This document shows, piece by piece, positions 1-12,415 of a stretch of 64,000 nucleotides of DNA (the first letter of the stretch is position 1; every line of letters starts with the position of its first letter). Where the stretch lies: assembly GCA_963727895.1 (NCBI GenBank), contig CAVSHT010000005.1, forward strand, positions 352,001-416,000. Direction: 5' to 3'. Made by a program: the position numbers and the translations under genes. The notes beneath the pieces are model-generated. The model searched no databases. It worked only from the letters and a program-made list of their open reading frames with translations, and was not told where the DNA came from. Origin of the DNA: an uncultured Methanosarcinaceae archaeon (lineage in GTDB: Archaea > Halobacteriota > Methanosarcinia > Methanosarcinales > Methanosarcinaceae).

Positions 1-547
1 GTCAAAGTGCGGGCTTTATTTAGGAGATCTGGCTGGGCTTCCATTGGTTTCAAAAAACACATTTAAAAATTGTGGATACGGAGTTTATATTTATACTGAT
101 ACTTATCCAGGGCGATTGGATACGTTTACAAATAATAAATATATAAATAACAAAGTTAAGATTGGATGGGGTACTGATTATTATCTATAACGTATCCTCT
201 TCAAATTGTATGGGTAAAAGTAAACTTCATGTATTTACTGAATATTTAAAAATTTAATAAAATTAAAGAAACAACCGCATGCGATTCATTCAACTTTACA
301 ACTGTCTGATAAAATTGGTGCATGTTTTTCGAGTCGGAAAATTCTCCATTGAATTTGAAGAGAATACGATTTTATTAGCATTGGGATTTATTAATTATTG
401 GGATTTATCAGCTATTGGGATTTATTGTCTATTATTTGGAATGAGGATGCGTAAATATTTCATATCATCTCCTTCTTTTTTGGACTTATCGGTAGTTATT
501 TGAAAAGAAAAGGGTAAAGAGTTTTTATATATCTCCTCTGTCAAAGT

Positions 548-1423
548 TTATGCTTCAGTGCTGTTCTCTGCATTGTTTTTAGGCATACTTCCTGGTTCTA
601 TTGGACAATTGCCTCCATGATGCATCATATCTCCATCTCTCATTCCGGGCTCCATCCCAAACATTATATGAGAAGAGGACATTACTTTCTTAAGATCTTC
701 TAGTGAATTTGCTCCTTTGACATTTTCTAATAGATTCTTGAGTTCTGTGATCCCGCTGCTAAGGTTTTCACTCATGTTCTCATTGGTAGTGCTTTCTGCC
801 TTGGTTTCCATCTTTTCAAGATGCTCTATTTCCATTTCAATTGAATCAGTAGCTTGGGTTTGCATTTGGGTGAATACAATATTCTTTAGTTCTTCTGCGC
901 TGGAAGCTGAACTTATTTTACTGGAGAAGTTTTCAAGGTTAGTTATTTTTTCATTGAGCATCGTAGTCATATTTTCATCAGTTGTGTTATTCAGCTGACC
1001 ATTAAGCATTTCAGTCATATTTCCAATGTTACTGATCATTTCTTCCTGGACATCAGTGTAATTATCATCAGTTACGGTTTCAACCTTAGATATGTCACAT
1101 AATCCGGACATTTTACCTGCCCCCATATTCATCCCATGAGGTATGTCTGCACATCTCTGATTGGCCAGAACTTTCTGGAGTTCGGAGGCATTGGAAGCTT
1201 TGCTTACATTGCCATAGAAGCCCTGAAGGTCAGTAATTTGTTCATTAATTGAATTCAGCATTTCTTTCTGAATAGTCGCAAAGTTTTCTTTAGTTATATT
1301 TTCCCCAGGAGCAAATACAGGTTTGTTTTCCGAAGCAAAAGCCCCTGAAGGTAGAATACATAATACTACCATTACCGTTGCAAAACGGCAAATTGAGTTT
1401 AATACTGTTGTTTTTATTCTCAT
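548..1423 (-). CDS. Secreted hypothetical protein with internally repeated helical segments
   Basis: 291-aa ORF with an N-terminal signal-peptide-like stretch ending AFA and repeated motifs (ITKENFATIQKEML / VTDDNYTDVQEEMI; ASNASEL / ASSAEEL / ANSLEDL). Confidence 0.75.
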   Translation of the reverse strand: MRIKTTVLNSICRFATVMVVLCILPSGAFASENKPVFAPGENITKENFATIQKEMLNSINEQITDLQGFYGNVSKASNASELQKVLANQRCADIPHGMNMGAGKMSGLCDISKVETVTDDNYTDVQEEMISNIGNMTEMLNGQLNNTTDENMTTMLNEKITNLENFSSKISSASSAEELKNIVFTQMQTQATDSIEMEIEHLEKMETKAESTTNENMSENLSSGITELKNLLENVKGANSLEDLKKVMSSSHIMFGMEPGMRDGDMMHHGGNCPIEPGSMPKNNAENSTEA

Positions 1424-1761
1424 AGTTTCTTCCTTTCCTGATTTTTATTTCTGTTTTTCTTTTATTTCATTAGAGTGATCTTTTGTTTTTTACAAAATTT
1501 TTCAGTTTGTATTGTTTCTCTGTCTTTCTTCTGCCTAGTTTTTTCAATATTTTATTTAGTTTATTTTTTTGTTTTTCTTTTTGTCTTCAGAAAATTAACT
1601 GTTGATATTCGTAACATGAGCTGGGAAAAATATATATTTACTTTTCAAAACAAAGGGTATAAGTGAATTTAATTTTAAAAAAAAGCTTTATAAATGCTTT
1701 TAATTCTTAACAAACCTTAAAAAGATAATAGATACTTATCAGAATCCTTAAATGTCATATA

Positions 1762-1990
1762 GGTTTTGTTGCAAAAAATCCTAATATTGAAGCAAAATTT
1801 GAGTTTCTTATCAAAGAATCTAAAAAAGCAGAATATTTCTCAGATCACATCTTGATTTAGGCAGTTACTCCGAATAACTTGTTTATAATATTGACTTCAG
1901 CATGAACACATCGATTTAGAGTATCAACCTGTCCTTTTTCATGATATACATGCTTTCAATTCCTTTTAAAGTCTTGATAGCAGTATAAAA
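1762..1990 (-). mobile_element. Degenerate IS6-family remnant
   Basis: Begins with IS6-type IR GGTTTTGTTGCAAAAAATC; 1925-1990 resembles the transposase 3' end of the intact IS6 at 4380-4445; paralogous to 2970-3080. Confidence 0.6.
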
Positions 1991-2403
1991 AGAAGTCTAT
2001 ATTTTAACTTGACTATGTCACATTACAAGGTAAAACGTTATCATTAGATCTCATATCCCAAGTATATTGTTCGTAGTGAAATCGATAACTGCAATTGGAA
2101 TAACTGTCTAATCTGACATAGTCGAGATATATGCCATTTCTTTTTGGTTCTGGAAGCTGTTTCTGCGTAATGTTATGTACTTTGAAATAATTCTGTGGCA
2201 ATATCAATACCCAGACATATCAATCCGAAAATTAAAATAAGTAATGACATTTTTTCAAATGCATATAGCATTGAATAAATACCGATAATCATTAAAGCAG
2301 TAAAAACAAAGATAGTTTTACATATTTTACCCAAACTTTTCACCATTATATCACATATTACGTTACTCTTCTACTTTATTTATACAATTCTTTAATTTAA
2401 TTA

Positions 2404-2533
2404 TAAGCCTATCCCAAAACTCAAAATTACTTCTCTGATGCTCAAAGTTGGAATAATCAGTCAAACTTTGGATCACGAAAACAATTCTAAAAATCTATTG
2501 ATTTGGGAACTAAAATTGGTTGGGGGATAGCTT
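2404..2533. mobile_element. MITE-like element (~130 bp)
   Basis: Imperfect TIR AAGCCTATCCCAAAAC ... GTTGGGGGATAGCTT; a related left-end fragment recurs at ~40897-40940. Confidence 0.5.
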
Positions 2534-2660
2534 CGGTATATATGCGTGGCTATGTATATGCAGATTTATAATATATAAAATAAAGATAAGTTTATTAACA
2601 GTTGATAGTTATTGAGGCTGAAATCACTTATAGAGAATAGCCGCCTATGAAATAATACAA

Positions 2661-2942
2661 ATGGATGCAATGGATAAAATATTTGGAAAAACCGCACAGA
2701 TGACAGTCCTTAAGAACCTGATCGAAAAACAGAATGAACCAACCTACCTTTCAGGAATAGCTGAAGAAACCGGTCTGTCCCACGCGAGCGTATCAAGGGT
2801 TATCACCCCTCTGATCGCGTCAGGTATTGCCATAGAAAAACCACTAGGAAAACATATCAGAACTTTCCAGCTAAACATGGAAAGTGAAGCAACAAATGCT
2901 ATAGTTGATTTTTACAGCAAAATCAACGAAATACTAAATTAA
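2661..2942 (+). CDS. Winged-helix (ArsR-like) DNA-binding protein
   Basis: 93 aa with HTH segment YLSGIAEETGLSHASVSRVITPLIASG followed by a beta-wing. Confidence 0.8.
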   Translation: MDAMDKIFGKTAQMTVLKNLIEKQNEPTYLSGIAEETGLSHASVSRVITPLIASGIAIEKPLGKHIRTFQLNMESEATNAIVDFYSKINEILN

Positions 2943-3080
2943 GAGCCTATCCGAAAAGTGGTTATCTGCGGTTCTGTTGCAAAAAAATCATAATTTTGAA
3001 GCAAAAATTCAGTTTCACAACAAAGAACATAATAAAGCAGAATATTTTTCATATAACATCTAGATTTAAGCACTATCAAG
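2940..3080. mobile_element. Nested IS stubs: IS5-type left IR followed by an IS6-type end
   Basis: TAAGAGCCTATCCGAAAA matches the IS5 end at 52341; GGTTCTGTTGCAAAAAAATC at 2970 is an IS6 IR. Confidence 0.6.
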
Positions 3081-3435
3081 ACCAGTTTACTTTTTCTCAC
3101 TTGGCTGGTTTACTGTAAAAAACCTAAAAGTTTTTACCATGTTCAGGTTTTATTGTAAAACCGGTGTTAAAACTCTAATTTTGCAGGATGGTTTGAGATA
3201 CGAACTTTTTGAGATACAAAGTTCGGATTTGAACAGAACGGAAAAGAATTTAATCTATTTCAATTAATGATGTCTTGCAGGTCGGCAACCTATGTCACCT
3301 CGTTAAATTGTGTTCGTTGGCCTGTTACAACTATACAGTTTTGAGGTAAGTCACGGTATACTGAAAAAAGTTGTTTTAAGGTCATGTTGCCTAACTTAGT
3401 TTTCTAGGGTAAAAATTGAAAAAGAAAATTTTTAT

Positions 3436-3729
3436 TTACTCTATTGTTTCGATTTTCTCTTTCTTGACAAAGGGCTTATCTATTTTCTCAGGCATCCAGC
3501 TAGGCCTATTTTCGGGAGCTTTTACAGTTTCTTTCCATCCCTTGAAAACGTGTACTTTCTTTGTTCCGCGTTCTCTAAGACGAATAATCTCCGGTTTGGA
3601 TTTTGTCCCAGCACCCCGATTTGCAGCTTTCAAAGCAGCCTGTCGAGGCTGTTTCCCTGTGAAGACTCCATGCTCATTGCCATTCTCATCTCGTAAAACA
3701 AAATTTCTCGCATCGGCTATAATAGTCAC
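3436..3729 (-). CDS. Non-histone chromosomal protein MC1
   Basis: RNFVLRDENGNEHGVFTGKQPRQAALKAANRG...IRLRERGTKKVHVF...WMPEKI is the MC1 signature. Confidence 0.95.
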   Translation of the reverse strand: MTIIADARNFVLRDENGNEHGVFTGKQPRQAALKAANRGAGTKSKPEIIRLRERGTKKVHVFKGWKETVKAPENRPSWMPEKIDKPFVKKEKIETIE

Positions 3730-3824
3730 CTCGAAAATTAATCGCTAGATACTGTATAAATTTCTAACTATATAAAGCACTTCCACAAATGCTGGCGATA
3801 GCCATTGGTTTTTGCAACGGAACC

Positions 3825-3972
3825 GTATAGTTATAGCCACAATCAGAGCATTTGTACCGTTGACGCCCGCCAACTATACCATTCTTATTGTAATTAGAAC
3901 TATTGCATCTTAGGCAGTTCATGCAGAAATATAGGTTCTCATAATAAATAACTATAGTTAATTATCAAAGCC
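3825..3972 (-). mobile_element. IS1-family 5' remnant truncated by an IS6 IR
   Basis: Encodes MNCLRCNSSNYNKNGIVGGRQRYKCSDCGYNY, like InsA at 11876, then abuts GGTTCCGTTGCAAAAA (3809-3824 on the minus strand). Confidence 0.75.
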
Positions 3973-4220
3973 AATTTAAAATAGTCTCTATAAATCAGTG
4001 TATTTGTTCATCAAAAAATAAATGTAGAAATTGAATTAAGCAAAGAGAAAAATAAGACGAATATGGTATTAAAGCCATTTAGAAAGATTAAATTCCTCAC
4101 CAGTAATTTTACACAAATTTGCATATCCAATTTCAATCCCTACGCTTGTTAAGAATATATGATTTAATATGGACATATTAAATTTATCAAAGAAAGGTTT
4201 GATTCTAAAATCTTCTTTCT

Positions 4221-5077
4221 GGTTCCGTTGCAAAAAATCTCAGAATAAGCATGTAAATCCATAATCAATAAACAAAAGTACAAATATTCAAAAAGATGTG
4301 TCAATATTATAGAACTATTCCAAATAATTGATTAATATATTTAGCTTCATTAAAGCCAGAGTAATTTAGGTTTTTGATTTGTCCTTTTTTAATCATATTC
4401 ATAGCTTCAATTCCTTTTAAAGTCTTAATAGCTGTGTTAAAAGACTGAAATCCTAACATTGGATTAACTATTCGTTTAATGGATCTATGATCTTGTTCTA
4501 TAATGTTATTCAAATACTTGATTTGTCGAATGCCTACGTTTATAGGTAGTATTTTATCATTTTTCAGTTTATCTATAGCAGGTGGATAAGCTGGATTTTT
4601 ATCAACTGTGATTACTCTTGGAATTTGATTATGATTAGAATTCAAAGCTTTCTTAAAGAAACGTTTTGCTGCTTTTTGATCTCGTTTTGCACTTAACATG
4701 AAATCAATTGTATCTCCATTTGAGTCAACTGCTCGGTAAAAATATTTCCATTTACCTTTAACTCTGATGTAAGTTTCATCAACTCTCCAAGAGTCGTTTG
4801 TTGGTCTTAAATGCCTTCTTACCTTCTTTTCGATTTCAGGAGAGTATTGATGTACCCATCTCATGATAGTACTATGATCAACTTCTACTCCCCTCTCTGC
4901 CATCATTTCCTCTAAATTTCTATAACTTACTGGATATTTTAGGTACCATCTGACGTTTAATAAAATGATTTCTCCTTCGTAATGTTTCCACTTAAAGGAA
5001 TTAGATAGCATATTATCGTTCTATTGATTTTCTTCTTATTCAATTGAATCCTTATTATGATTTTTTGCAACAGAACC
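4221..5077 (-). mobile_element. IS6-family insertion sequence, 857 bp
   Basis: TIRs GGTTCCGTTGCAAAAAATC / GGTTCTGTTGCAAAAAATC; matching inverted copy at 53613-54469. Confidence 0.95.
4307..5011 (-). CDS. IS6-family DDE transposase
   Basis: WRVDETY, RAVDSNGDTIDF, ITVDKNPAY, NNIIEQDHR motifs. Confidence 0.95.
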   Translation of the reverse strand: MLSNSFKWKHYEGEIILLNVRWYLKYPVSYRNLEEMMAERGVEVDHSTIMRWVHQYSPEIEKKVRRHLRPTNDSWRVDETYIRVKGKWKYFYRAVDSNGDTIDFMLSAKRDQKAAKRFFKKALNSNHNQIPRVITVDKNPAYPPAIDKLKNDKILPINVGIRQIKYLNNIIEQDHRSIKRIVNPMLGFQSFNTAIKTLKGIEAMNMIKKGQIKNLNYSGFNEAKYINQLFGIVL

Positions 5078-7843
5078 TATTAATTTTAATTCGTAGCTCT
5101 CATTGATACCCTTCAACCTCTTTTCCAGCTTTTGTTTGATGATATTCTTGTCTTCTTCACTAATGAAGTCACATATCGATCTGTCAATACTTTCTTCTTT
5201 GTTGTAGCCAAGCATATCCACCATTTTTTTATTAACGTAAGTGACTATGCCTTCATCGTCAATTATGTATATGCCTTCGTTTGCGGTCTCCACGATATTG
5301 CGGTACTTTTCCTCACTTTCCCGAAGTTTTTCTTCTGCTTCTTTACTCTCGGTAATATCTCTGTAAATAACTGAGATAGCAGTCAGCTTTCCATAAATAT
5401 CAAAAATCGGAGAAATAGTTATTGAAACATTTATTATTGTACCATCCTTTCTTAATCGCAAAGTCTTATATTGCTGGACTTTTTCTCCTTGTTTAATCAG
5501 TTCAGCTAATTTATTTGTTTCTTCAAATAATGTACTTGGCTCCAAGATGGATATCGGCTTTCCGAGAATTTCCTTAGCTGAATAACCATAAACTTCCTCC
5601 GCTCCTTTACTCCAGCTTGTAATAATACCATAAAGAGATTCAGTTATAATAGCATCATTTGACGATTCCACAACATTTGCCAGGTTCCGGATTTTTTCCT
5701 CTGCTTTCTTAAACTCAGTAATGTCCTGAATTGTCCCCTTTATTTGAATAGGGATATTTTTTTCATCAAAAACAACTTCTCCTTGTTCATGGGCTATACG
5801 TTCTTTTCCATCGACTGAGATAATCCGAAAATCAATGCTATACGGCTTTCCTTTAAAAGCTTCCTTGGTGGCATTATCTATATAGTCTCTGTCATCGGGA
5901 TGTACATAGCTCAAAAACATATCATAAGTTACTTCGAATTCTTGAGGCTTAAGTCCAAAAATACGATAAACTTCATCAGACCAATATTTTTTAACAGTTG
6001 CAATATTCCATTTCCAGTTTCCAATATGAGCCATTTCTTGAGCTTCATCAAGATTTTTTTCACTCTGTTTCAATGAATCATAAGCCTTTTGAAGCTCTTC
6101 TGTACGTTCTTTAACTAATTTATCTAAATTGTCAAGAGTATCTTTCAGTTTAGCTTCTGCCTTCTTACGTTCAGTAATATCACGTGCAGCTGCAAAAACC
6201 CCAATAACTTCGCCATTCTCGTCTCTATAAACTGAAGCATTGTACAAAACAGGAGTTATATGTCCATCTTTATGATGAATCCATAGAGGATAATCTCTAA
6301 CTTCACCATCTCTAAACACCTGTTGATATCCTTTTCTGGCTTTCTTAGACTCAGTGAAGTAATCTGAAAAATCAGTCCCAATCAACTCATTTCTGGAATA
6401 TCCAGTAACCTGTTCTGTAGCACCATTTACATCCATAATTTTGCCGTCAGGTCCAATGGTTACTAAAGGATCCAAGCTGGTTTCAATAAGGCTACGGTTA
6501 TAAATATTTGATAATCTAAGAGCTTCTTCTGCTTTTTTGCATTCGGTGATGTCCTGCGTTGTGCCAAAACCACCGAGCAGTAAGCCGTCGTTGTCAAATT
6601 CAATGTATGCCTTTTCACGCACCCACTTGATCTTACCATCCGCGATGATGCGGTGCTCAACGTCATATGATTCTCCCACCAACTCAGCTTTCCATTTTGT
6701 ATCAACATCTTTCCTGTCATTTGGATAGATCGTTGAAAGAAAGATCTCATAGGTCAAAGGGACACCTTTTGGGATGTCAAAGATACAGTAAGTTTCGTCT
6801 GACCATGTCAATTCATTTTTACGCACATCCAAACGCCAGCTTCCGAGATTTCCTACGGCCTGGGCGCGGGCAAAGTCCTCTCGGATCTCTCGGAGCGTAT
6901 CCACTAGAGCATCGCGTTCCGCCAGCGATTTGACCAGCTTGATATTGCTATAACCTAGCTGTGAGACCATGTTGGCAAACGTCATAAGGAAGGACATACT
7001 TGTGTCCACAGCATCCCTGCTCAACCGCGGAACTTTTTCAAGCGCTGCTATATATTCTTCTTCATTGAAGCCGTACCTTCTAGCCCGGGATCGGAAAAGC
7101 TCATAATCTATTGGCTCGTCCTCGTAAAAGAACTGCCCTGCAATAATATTACCGACGTGCTGATCATTTACTATGATGGGAGTCACTATATCCCACATAT
7201 TGTTCATGCACTTGTATCGTTTAATCTCTCCTGGAAAAATTACCGAGGACAGTATTTTGTTGCTTTCAAGGCATTGCTTGCAGGTATCTGGATGAACTCT
7301 CTGGAATTTTGTACATATATCCTGCCATCCGATGCCTACTAGAGTCTTGCCATTGATATCGTCTAGAGCCATGGAAATATGAGAAAGCTTATAAAAGTCA
7401 TTCATAAGTGACTGGATTACATGGATATCAATGATATCGATAAGTTCCAAGTTTGCCATCTCCCCAGCTTCACTTTTCTGAAGTTTTCCTTCAAGCTTTT
7501 TCTGGTCACTTATATCGAATCCATAGATGGTTACACATTCTTTTTCTGATGAAGGGTAAAATGTAAGCAAGTATACTATTTTTCCTACTTTAATTTCCAT
7601 CTTTTTGAGGTTGTTTTGGTAAATTACCCTTTGAACGAAATCTCCGATATATGAAGGTAATTTTTCTCCGACTTTCACGTCCCATTCGTGTAATAAGGGC
7701 TCACTTGCTCCATTTGAGTAAAAAATTGTCCCATCATTTCCCACATTAAGCACAGGATTTTGGTTCTTTGCTGGAAATTGCTCAATTTTCTTCATTTTTT
7801 CCCTTAAGGATCTTTTTCTTTGATGGTATTTCTTTAACGGCAA
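5078..7843 (-). pseudogene. N-terminal part of a PocR/multi-PAS sensor histidine kinase, truncated by IS6
   Basis: PocR-like Cys-containing domain (WQDICTKF...CKQC...YKCMNNMWDIVTPI), several PAS/PAC repeats; no kinase core; the ORF runs into the IS6 IR after ...YELKLI. Confidence 0.9.
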
Positions 7844-8107
7844 TATGTCTTATTTAAAAGCAGTGAAAATAGATTAACACTTTAATTGTTAGATTATTAT
7901 TTATTTCACTATATTATATATCATAGAATTATATCTAGGGTTAAATCTCAAGTTATTAAATGGTTAAATTTATTCTTAGACAGTTAAACTTTTGGTACAA
8001 TTGATTTTTCAGTTCAATCCCTTAAGTCCTAATGTAATAATTTTCTCGAGATTACTTTATCTTAAAATTTATACAATGTTAGTTATTACCTGATTGCTCG
8101 ATTTTTT

Positions 8108-8632
8108 ATGGGAATCGATTGGTATAAATATTATATCATCCACAGATGCATCATTTACCGATATATCGCTAGACGATATTTTGGGGTGAGAATTACGGAA
8201 AAAAAGATGTGTACAGAGGCCAGGCGAGCTTTTCTCAAGTATATCGTGCTGAAACTTATTAAAGAGAAACCTACTCATGGCTATGATATCATCAAGACGA
8301 TAGAACTTCGTTCAAATGGGCGCTGGACTCCGAGTGCAGGTTCTATCTACCCAATCCTGGAGAAACTTGAATCAAAAGGTTTTATTCAGAGTGAGGGGAT
8401 TGAACGCAAGAAGGTATACACAATTACCCCCAAAGGAGTGACAGGGTTGGATCGTATGACACAGGAAAAGCTGGAACTTCTGAACGAAATGTCCCGGATC
8501 GTTAACAATGTGATTGAAGGTAATGATAATAGTGATGCCGACGAGAAGGCCGGCGATATCCAGGATGTTATACAGAAATTTGAGACGGCACACGACTGTG
8601 ATTTCCATAATCAAAAAAACGAAACTGATTAA
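8108..8632 (+). CDS. PadR-family transcriptional regulator (true start probably ~8207)
   Basis: [15 protein letters not shown]...[16 protein letters not shown]...[11 protein letters not shown]. Confidence 0.9.
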   Translation: MGIDWYKYYIIHRCIIYRYIARRYFGVRITEKKMCTEARRAFLKYIVLKLIKEKPTHGYDIIKTIELRSNGRWTPSAGSIYPILEKLESKGFIQSEGIERKKVYTITPKGVTGLDRMTQEKLELLNEMSRIVNNVIEGNDNSDADEKAGDIQDVIQKFETAHDCDFHNQKNETD

Positions 8633-8648
8633 AATAGAAGGTACTAAA

Positions 8649-10460
8649 TTGACTAAATATATTAATTTGACAGATAAAGTAGCCGCGGGCAGATCTGGGA
8701 AGAATATTGCTTATAAATGGGTTGCACTGTTCAATGTTACCCTGGCATCATTAATGGGCTCTGTCAACGGCAGTATCATCCTGATTTCTCTGCCCGCGAT
8801 ATTCAAAGGCATTCAAATGGACCCAACGGATCCTGGTGCATTTCAGTACCTTCTGTGGCTCCTTATGGGCTTTGGTTTGATCACGTCTACACTGCTACTC
8901 ACTATCGGTCGGCTGGCAGACATGTATGGCCGAATAAAACTCTTTCGGCTGGGCTTCCTGATATTCGCCATCGGTTCAACCCTGCTTTACCTGACGCCTG
9001 GTACAGGCAACACTGGTGCACTGGAACTAATTATTTTTAGGCTCATACAGGCCGTGGGAAGTGCATTCACCATAGCAAACGGTTCAGCCATTATTACGGA
9101 TGCGTTTCCAGCCAGTGAAAGGGGCAAGGCACTCGGAATAAACATGGTTGCCTTTATGTCCGGCCAGTTCATTGGCTTGCTGCTGGGTGGCATACTGGCG
9201 ACATACAACTGGCGCTATGTGTTCCTGGTCAATATCCCCTTTGCCGTCCTTGGAACGATGTGGTCTTACTGGAAGATGAAGGATATCTCATTTCGGGCTT
9301 CCAAGACCAGTCTCGATATTGTGGGCAATTTACTATTTGTCGGTGGACTGACCTCACTTTTAGTCGGCGTCACTTATGGCCTGATGCCGTACAAACATGA
9401 TGGTATCACCGATGCCATGGGCTGGAGCAACCCTTTGGTAATAGCGGCTTTAGGTATCGGAATAGTGTTGTTGATAACTTTCCCATTCGTCGAGAGCAAG
9501 GTGAAGAACCCGATGTTTAAGCTGGAGTTCTTTAGGATCAGGGCCTTTGCCTACGGATGTCTCGCCAGCTTCACTGCAGCTATTGCTCGAGGCGGTGCCA
9601 TGTTTATGCTTATTCTTCTGCTGCAAGGGATTTGGCTGCCACTTCACGGTTACCGCTTTGAGGACACGCCTTTATGGGCAGGTATCTACATGCTTCCCAT
9701 GACTCTAGGTTTTATGATCATGGGACCAATTTCCGGGATGCTCTCAGACAAGTATGGGCCTCGGTGGATAGCTACTGCCGGGATGACTATTGTGGCACTG
9801 GTCTTCGTCGGGCTCTCGCTGCTTCCATATAACTTCGATTATTGGGAGTTGGGAGTACTGATCTTCTTCATGGGTATTGGCAATGGTATGTTCGCTTCTC
9901 CTAACAGCTCATCGATAATGAATTCTGTACCTCCTCAGAATCGGGGTGTAGCTTCGGGCATGCTGTCCACACTGGGGAACTCGGCCAGTACGCTGAGTAT
10001 GTCCGTGTTCTTCACCATCGTAATAGTGGGCATTCAGAAAGCTTTCCCGGGTGCGGTACACAACTCGTTTGCTAGCCTTGGATCTGCACAGGTTGCACCT
10101 GCTTTGCAACAGCTTGCGAATCAACTAGCAACAATGTCGCCTACAAATGCGTTGTTCTCTGCTTTTCTGGGTTATAATCCAATGAGCTCTATTCTGAAAT
10201 CTATGGATTCGAGTATCGTCAGTTCAATACCGCAACAAATCGTGACCACACTGACAAGCAACTATTGGTTTCCACAGACACTTCAACAGGCGTTTATGCC
10301 AGCGCTGCGGATTTCGTTCATAATCGGAGCTGTACTCTGCGGCATAGCTGCGGTACTGTCCGCGATGAGGGGACAACGGTATGTGTACGAGACTCACGAT
10401 TCAGGCAACGATATTAGCAAAGTTGATCTTGCAGTAGAAAGAGAAGAAATGCGGATTTGA
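8649..10460 (+). CDS. MFS drug/H+ antiporter (DHA2, 14-TMS type)
   Basis: GRLADMYGR motif [12 protein letters not shown], many TM helices; ORF is open from 8514, TTG at 8649 is the likely start after padR. Confidence 0.9.
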   Translation: MTKYINLTDKVAAGRSGKNIAYKWVALFNVTLASLMGSVNGSIILISLPAIFKGIQMDPTDPGAFQYLLWLLMGFGLITSTLLLTIGRLADMYGRIKLFRLGFLIFAIGSTLLYLTPGTGNTGALELIIFRLIQAVGSAFTIANGSAIITDAFPASERGKALGINMVAFMSGQFIGLLLGGILATYNWRYVFLVNIPFAVLGTMWSYWKMKDISFRASKTSLDIVGNLLFVGGLTSLLVGVTYGLMPYKHDGITDAMGWSNPLVIAALGIGIVLLITFPFVESKVKNPMFKLEFFRIRAFAYGCLASFTAAIARGGAMFMLILLLQGIWLPLHGYRFEDTPLWAGIYMLPMTLGFMIMGPISGMLSDKYGPRWIATAGMTIVALVFVGLSLLPYNFDYWELGVLIFFMGIGNGMFASPNSSSIMNSVPPQNRGVASGMLSTLGNSASTLSMSVFFTIVIVGIQKAFPGAVHNSFASLGSAQVAPALQQLANQLATMSPTNALFSAFLGYNPMSSILKSMDSSIVSSIPQQIVTTLTSNYWFPQTLQQAFMPALRISFIIGAVLCGIAAVLSAMRGQRYVYETHDSGNDISKVDLAVEREEMRI

Positions 10461-11186
10461 TATTTGAAAACTGGGCAAGAGTCATTGCAACACAGCACGC
10501 ATGAGAAACTGGAAATACGGAAGACAAACACAGAAACAAAGCTCGGTATCTTTTGAAAAATGGTTCCTGTAAGGAACCAGAAAATGTAAAAAGAATGGCG
10601 CAAAATTTGAATTTTTTGAACCTTGAATGGTTAAAATTATGTGGCCGGGAAAATATGCAATATTCAGGACAAAAGAGGAATTTGAAAGAATACAAAAAAC
10701 TACTTCTCTAAATCCTCCTTTTGATTATTTTTAGAAATAATGATATATTGTGTTCCTGTAATTGCTGGAAAATTGAAGGAGTTAAAAAACAATGGTAGAT
10801 GACTAATTTGAGGATTCTAAGCCTCTAGATCCTAATACTCTCAACTATATAAGAATAAAAATGTTACAAAGAATAAGGCATGCAGTTGATGAAGGACTTG
10901 TAAATACTTCTGATTTTCATTTAACCGAAGTTATGATTGATCTCAAAACTTTGCTTAAAGATGTAGAAACGGAAATAACTAACAGGGGATTAGAGTTTAA
11001 AAAATGAATTCAAAACCTTCACTTGATATGTGTTTTTTTATATGTTTCAGAAATTCCATGAGCTCTATAGGTTCCATACGTCAAATAACAGCAATTTTTA
11101 AAGATAAAACAGGGGTTCCGTTGCAAAAAATCTGGCGATTTTACAAAACAAATGAAAACCTTTACAATTAGGGAAGTTAATTATTT

Positions 11187-11924
11187 GATATTGTTATCTA
11201 AATATATCTAGTTATTTATTTCTGTATTTCATCAATAGAATAACCGAGTACTTTAGCATTTCAAGACTCTTCGTATAACACTTTGTCTTTCTTCTCAATC
11301 TTGCCAGAAAGTGCCTCAATATGCTGTTATATCCCTCAACTGTAAATGTTTCTGCTTTTGATTGAGTATGACTCTTTTCTGGAAGAAACTCTGCATATGC
11401 TCTCCAGTGATCTGTCATTACTTCTCCAATCTCTTTTTTCTTCACTTTTTCCCAGAGTAGTTTTCCAGTTTCTGTTCCTCTGCTACCAAAAGAGCAGTTG
11501 ATGAACTTTTTCCCAACTCTATCAACAGCAATCCAGATCCAGCAATATTTTTTTTGTTACCGATGTAAGTGTGCATTTCATCCATTTCAACAATAGATAT
11601 CTCATTTTCACTTTTTAGGTCCTCTAACTCCTGACCAAATTTCTTTATCCATCTTTGGACAGAAACATGACTCACCCCTAAAAATCGTCCTATTGAACGA
11701 AAGCCCAATCCTTCAAGATAGAGTTGTAAAGCCTGTCTTTTTACAAAAGCGGAAAAAGCAGTTGATTTTAGCTCTACTGTATAGTTATAGCCACAATCAG
11801 AGCATTTGTACCGTTGACGCCCGCCAACTATACCGTTCTTTTTGTGACTGGAACTATTGCATCTGGGGCAGTTCATAAAGAAATATATGTTATAAGCATA
11901 TGTATCTATTTTTTTACCAATGCC
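11187..11924 (-). mobile_element. IS1-family element (InsA 11442-11876 / InsB region 11212-11445, -1 frameshift type)
   Basis: Zn-finger CPRC...CSDC, HTH, EMDEMHTY, A8 slippery run AACAAAAAAAATAT, TDHWRAY and VEGYN motifs; TIRs GATATTGTTA / TACCAATGCC. Confidence 0.9.
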
Positions 11925-12289
11925 AGATGTTTTACTCTAAAAAGGGCAAATTTTGTCTGTCTGTCTGGTCCTCTCAGACGCATGTCTAGCTAATAATAGA
12001 TAACAATACATGTTTTTCTACTGATGCTGATTTTGGCAGAGCAGACACTAAAATGAGATAATAAGTATAAATGTATAAAATAAGTAGACGCATATTGTTT
12101 ATACAGCCATAACAGGTTAAAGGCTGTCTGAGATACAGAGTTGTATTTACGTATCCTCTTCAAATTTGATGGGTTTTCAATCACAGAAAAAATGTATTAG
12201 TTGTTCCATTTACCCATATTCATATTTTGGAGAACAAAAATGGATCTTAGAGCTCTTGAACAATTGCTGTTATCACTGAACATCTATCC

Positions 12290-12415
12290 GGTTCCGTTGC
12301 AAAAAATATCTGCTAGGAATATAATAAAATAAAAAGGAAATTAAAGATCGCGACATACTATCTAATTCCTTTTTATTTTATTATATTCCTAGCAGATATT
12401 TTTTGCAACGGAACC
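12290..12415. mobile_element. Near-perfect palindromic IS6-derived MITE
   Basis: ~49-bp perfect inverted arms starting GGTTCCGTTGCAAAAAATATCTGCTAGGAATATAAT. Confidence 0.85.

Noticed and set aside
189..216. ACGTATCCTCTTCAAATT..ATGGGT also present at ~12149
   Set aside because: Only ~26 bp and two copies; probably a relic 5'-UTR/SD of paralogous genes, too little to call.
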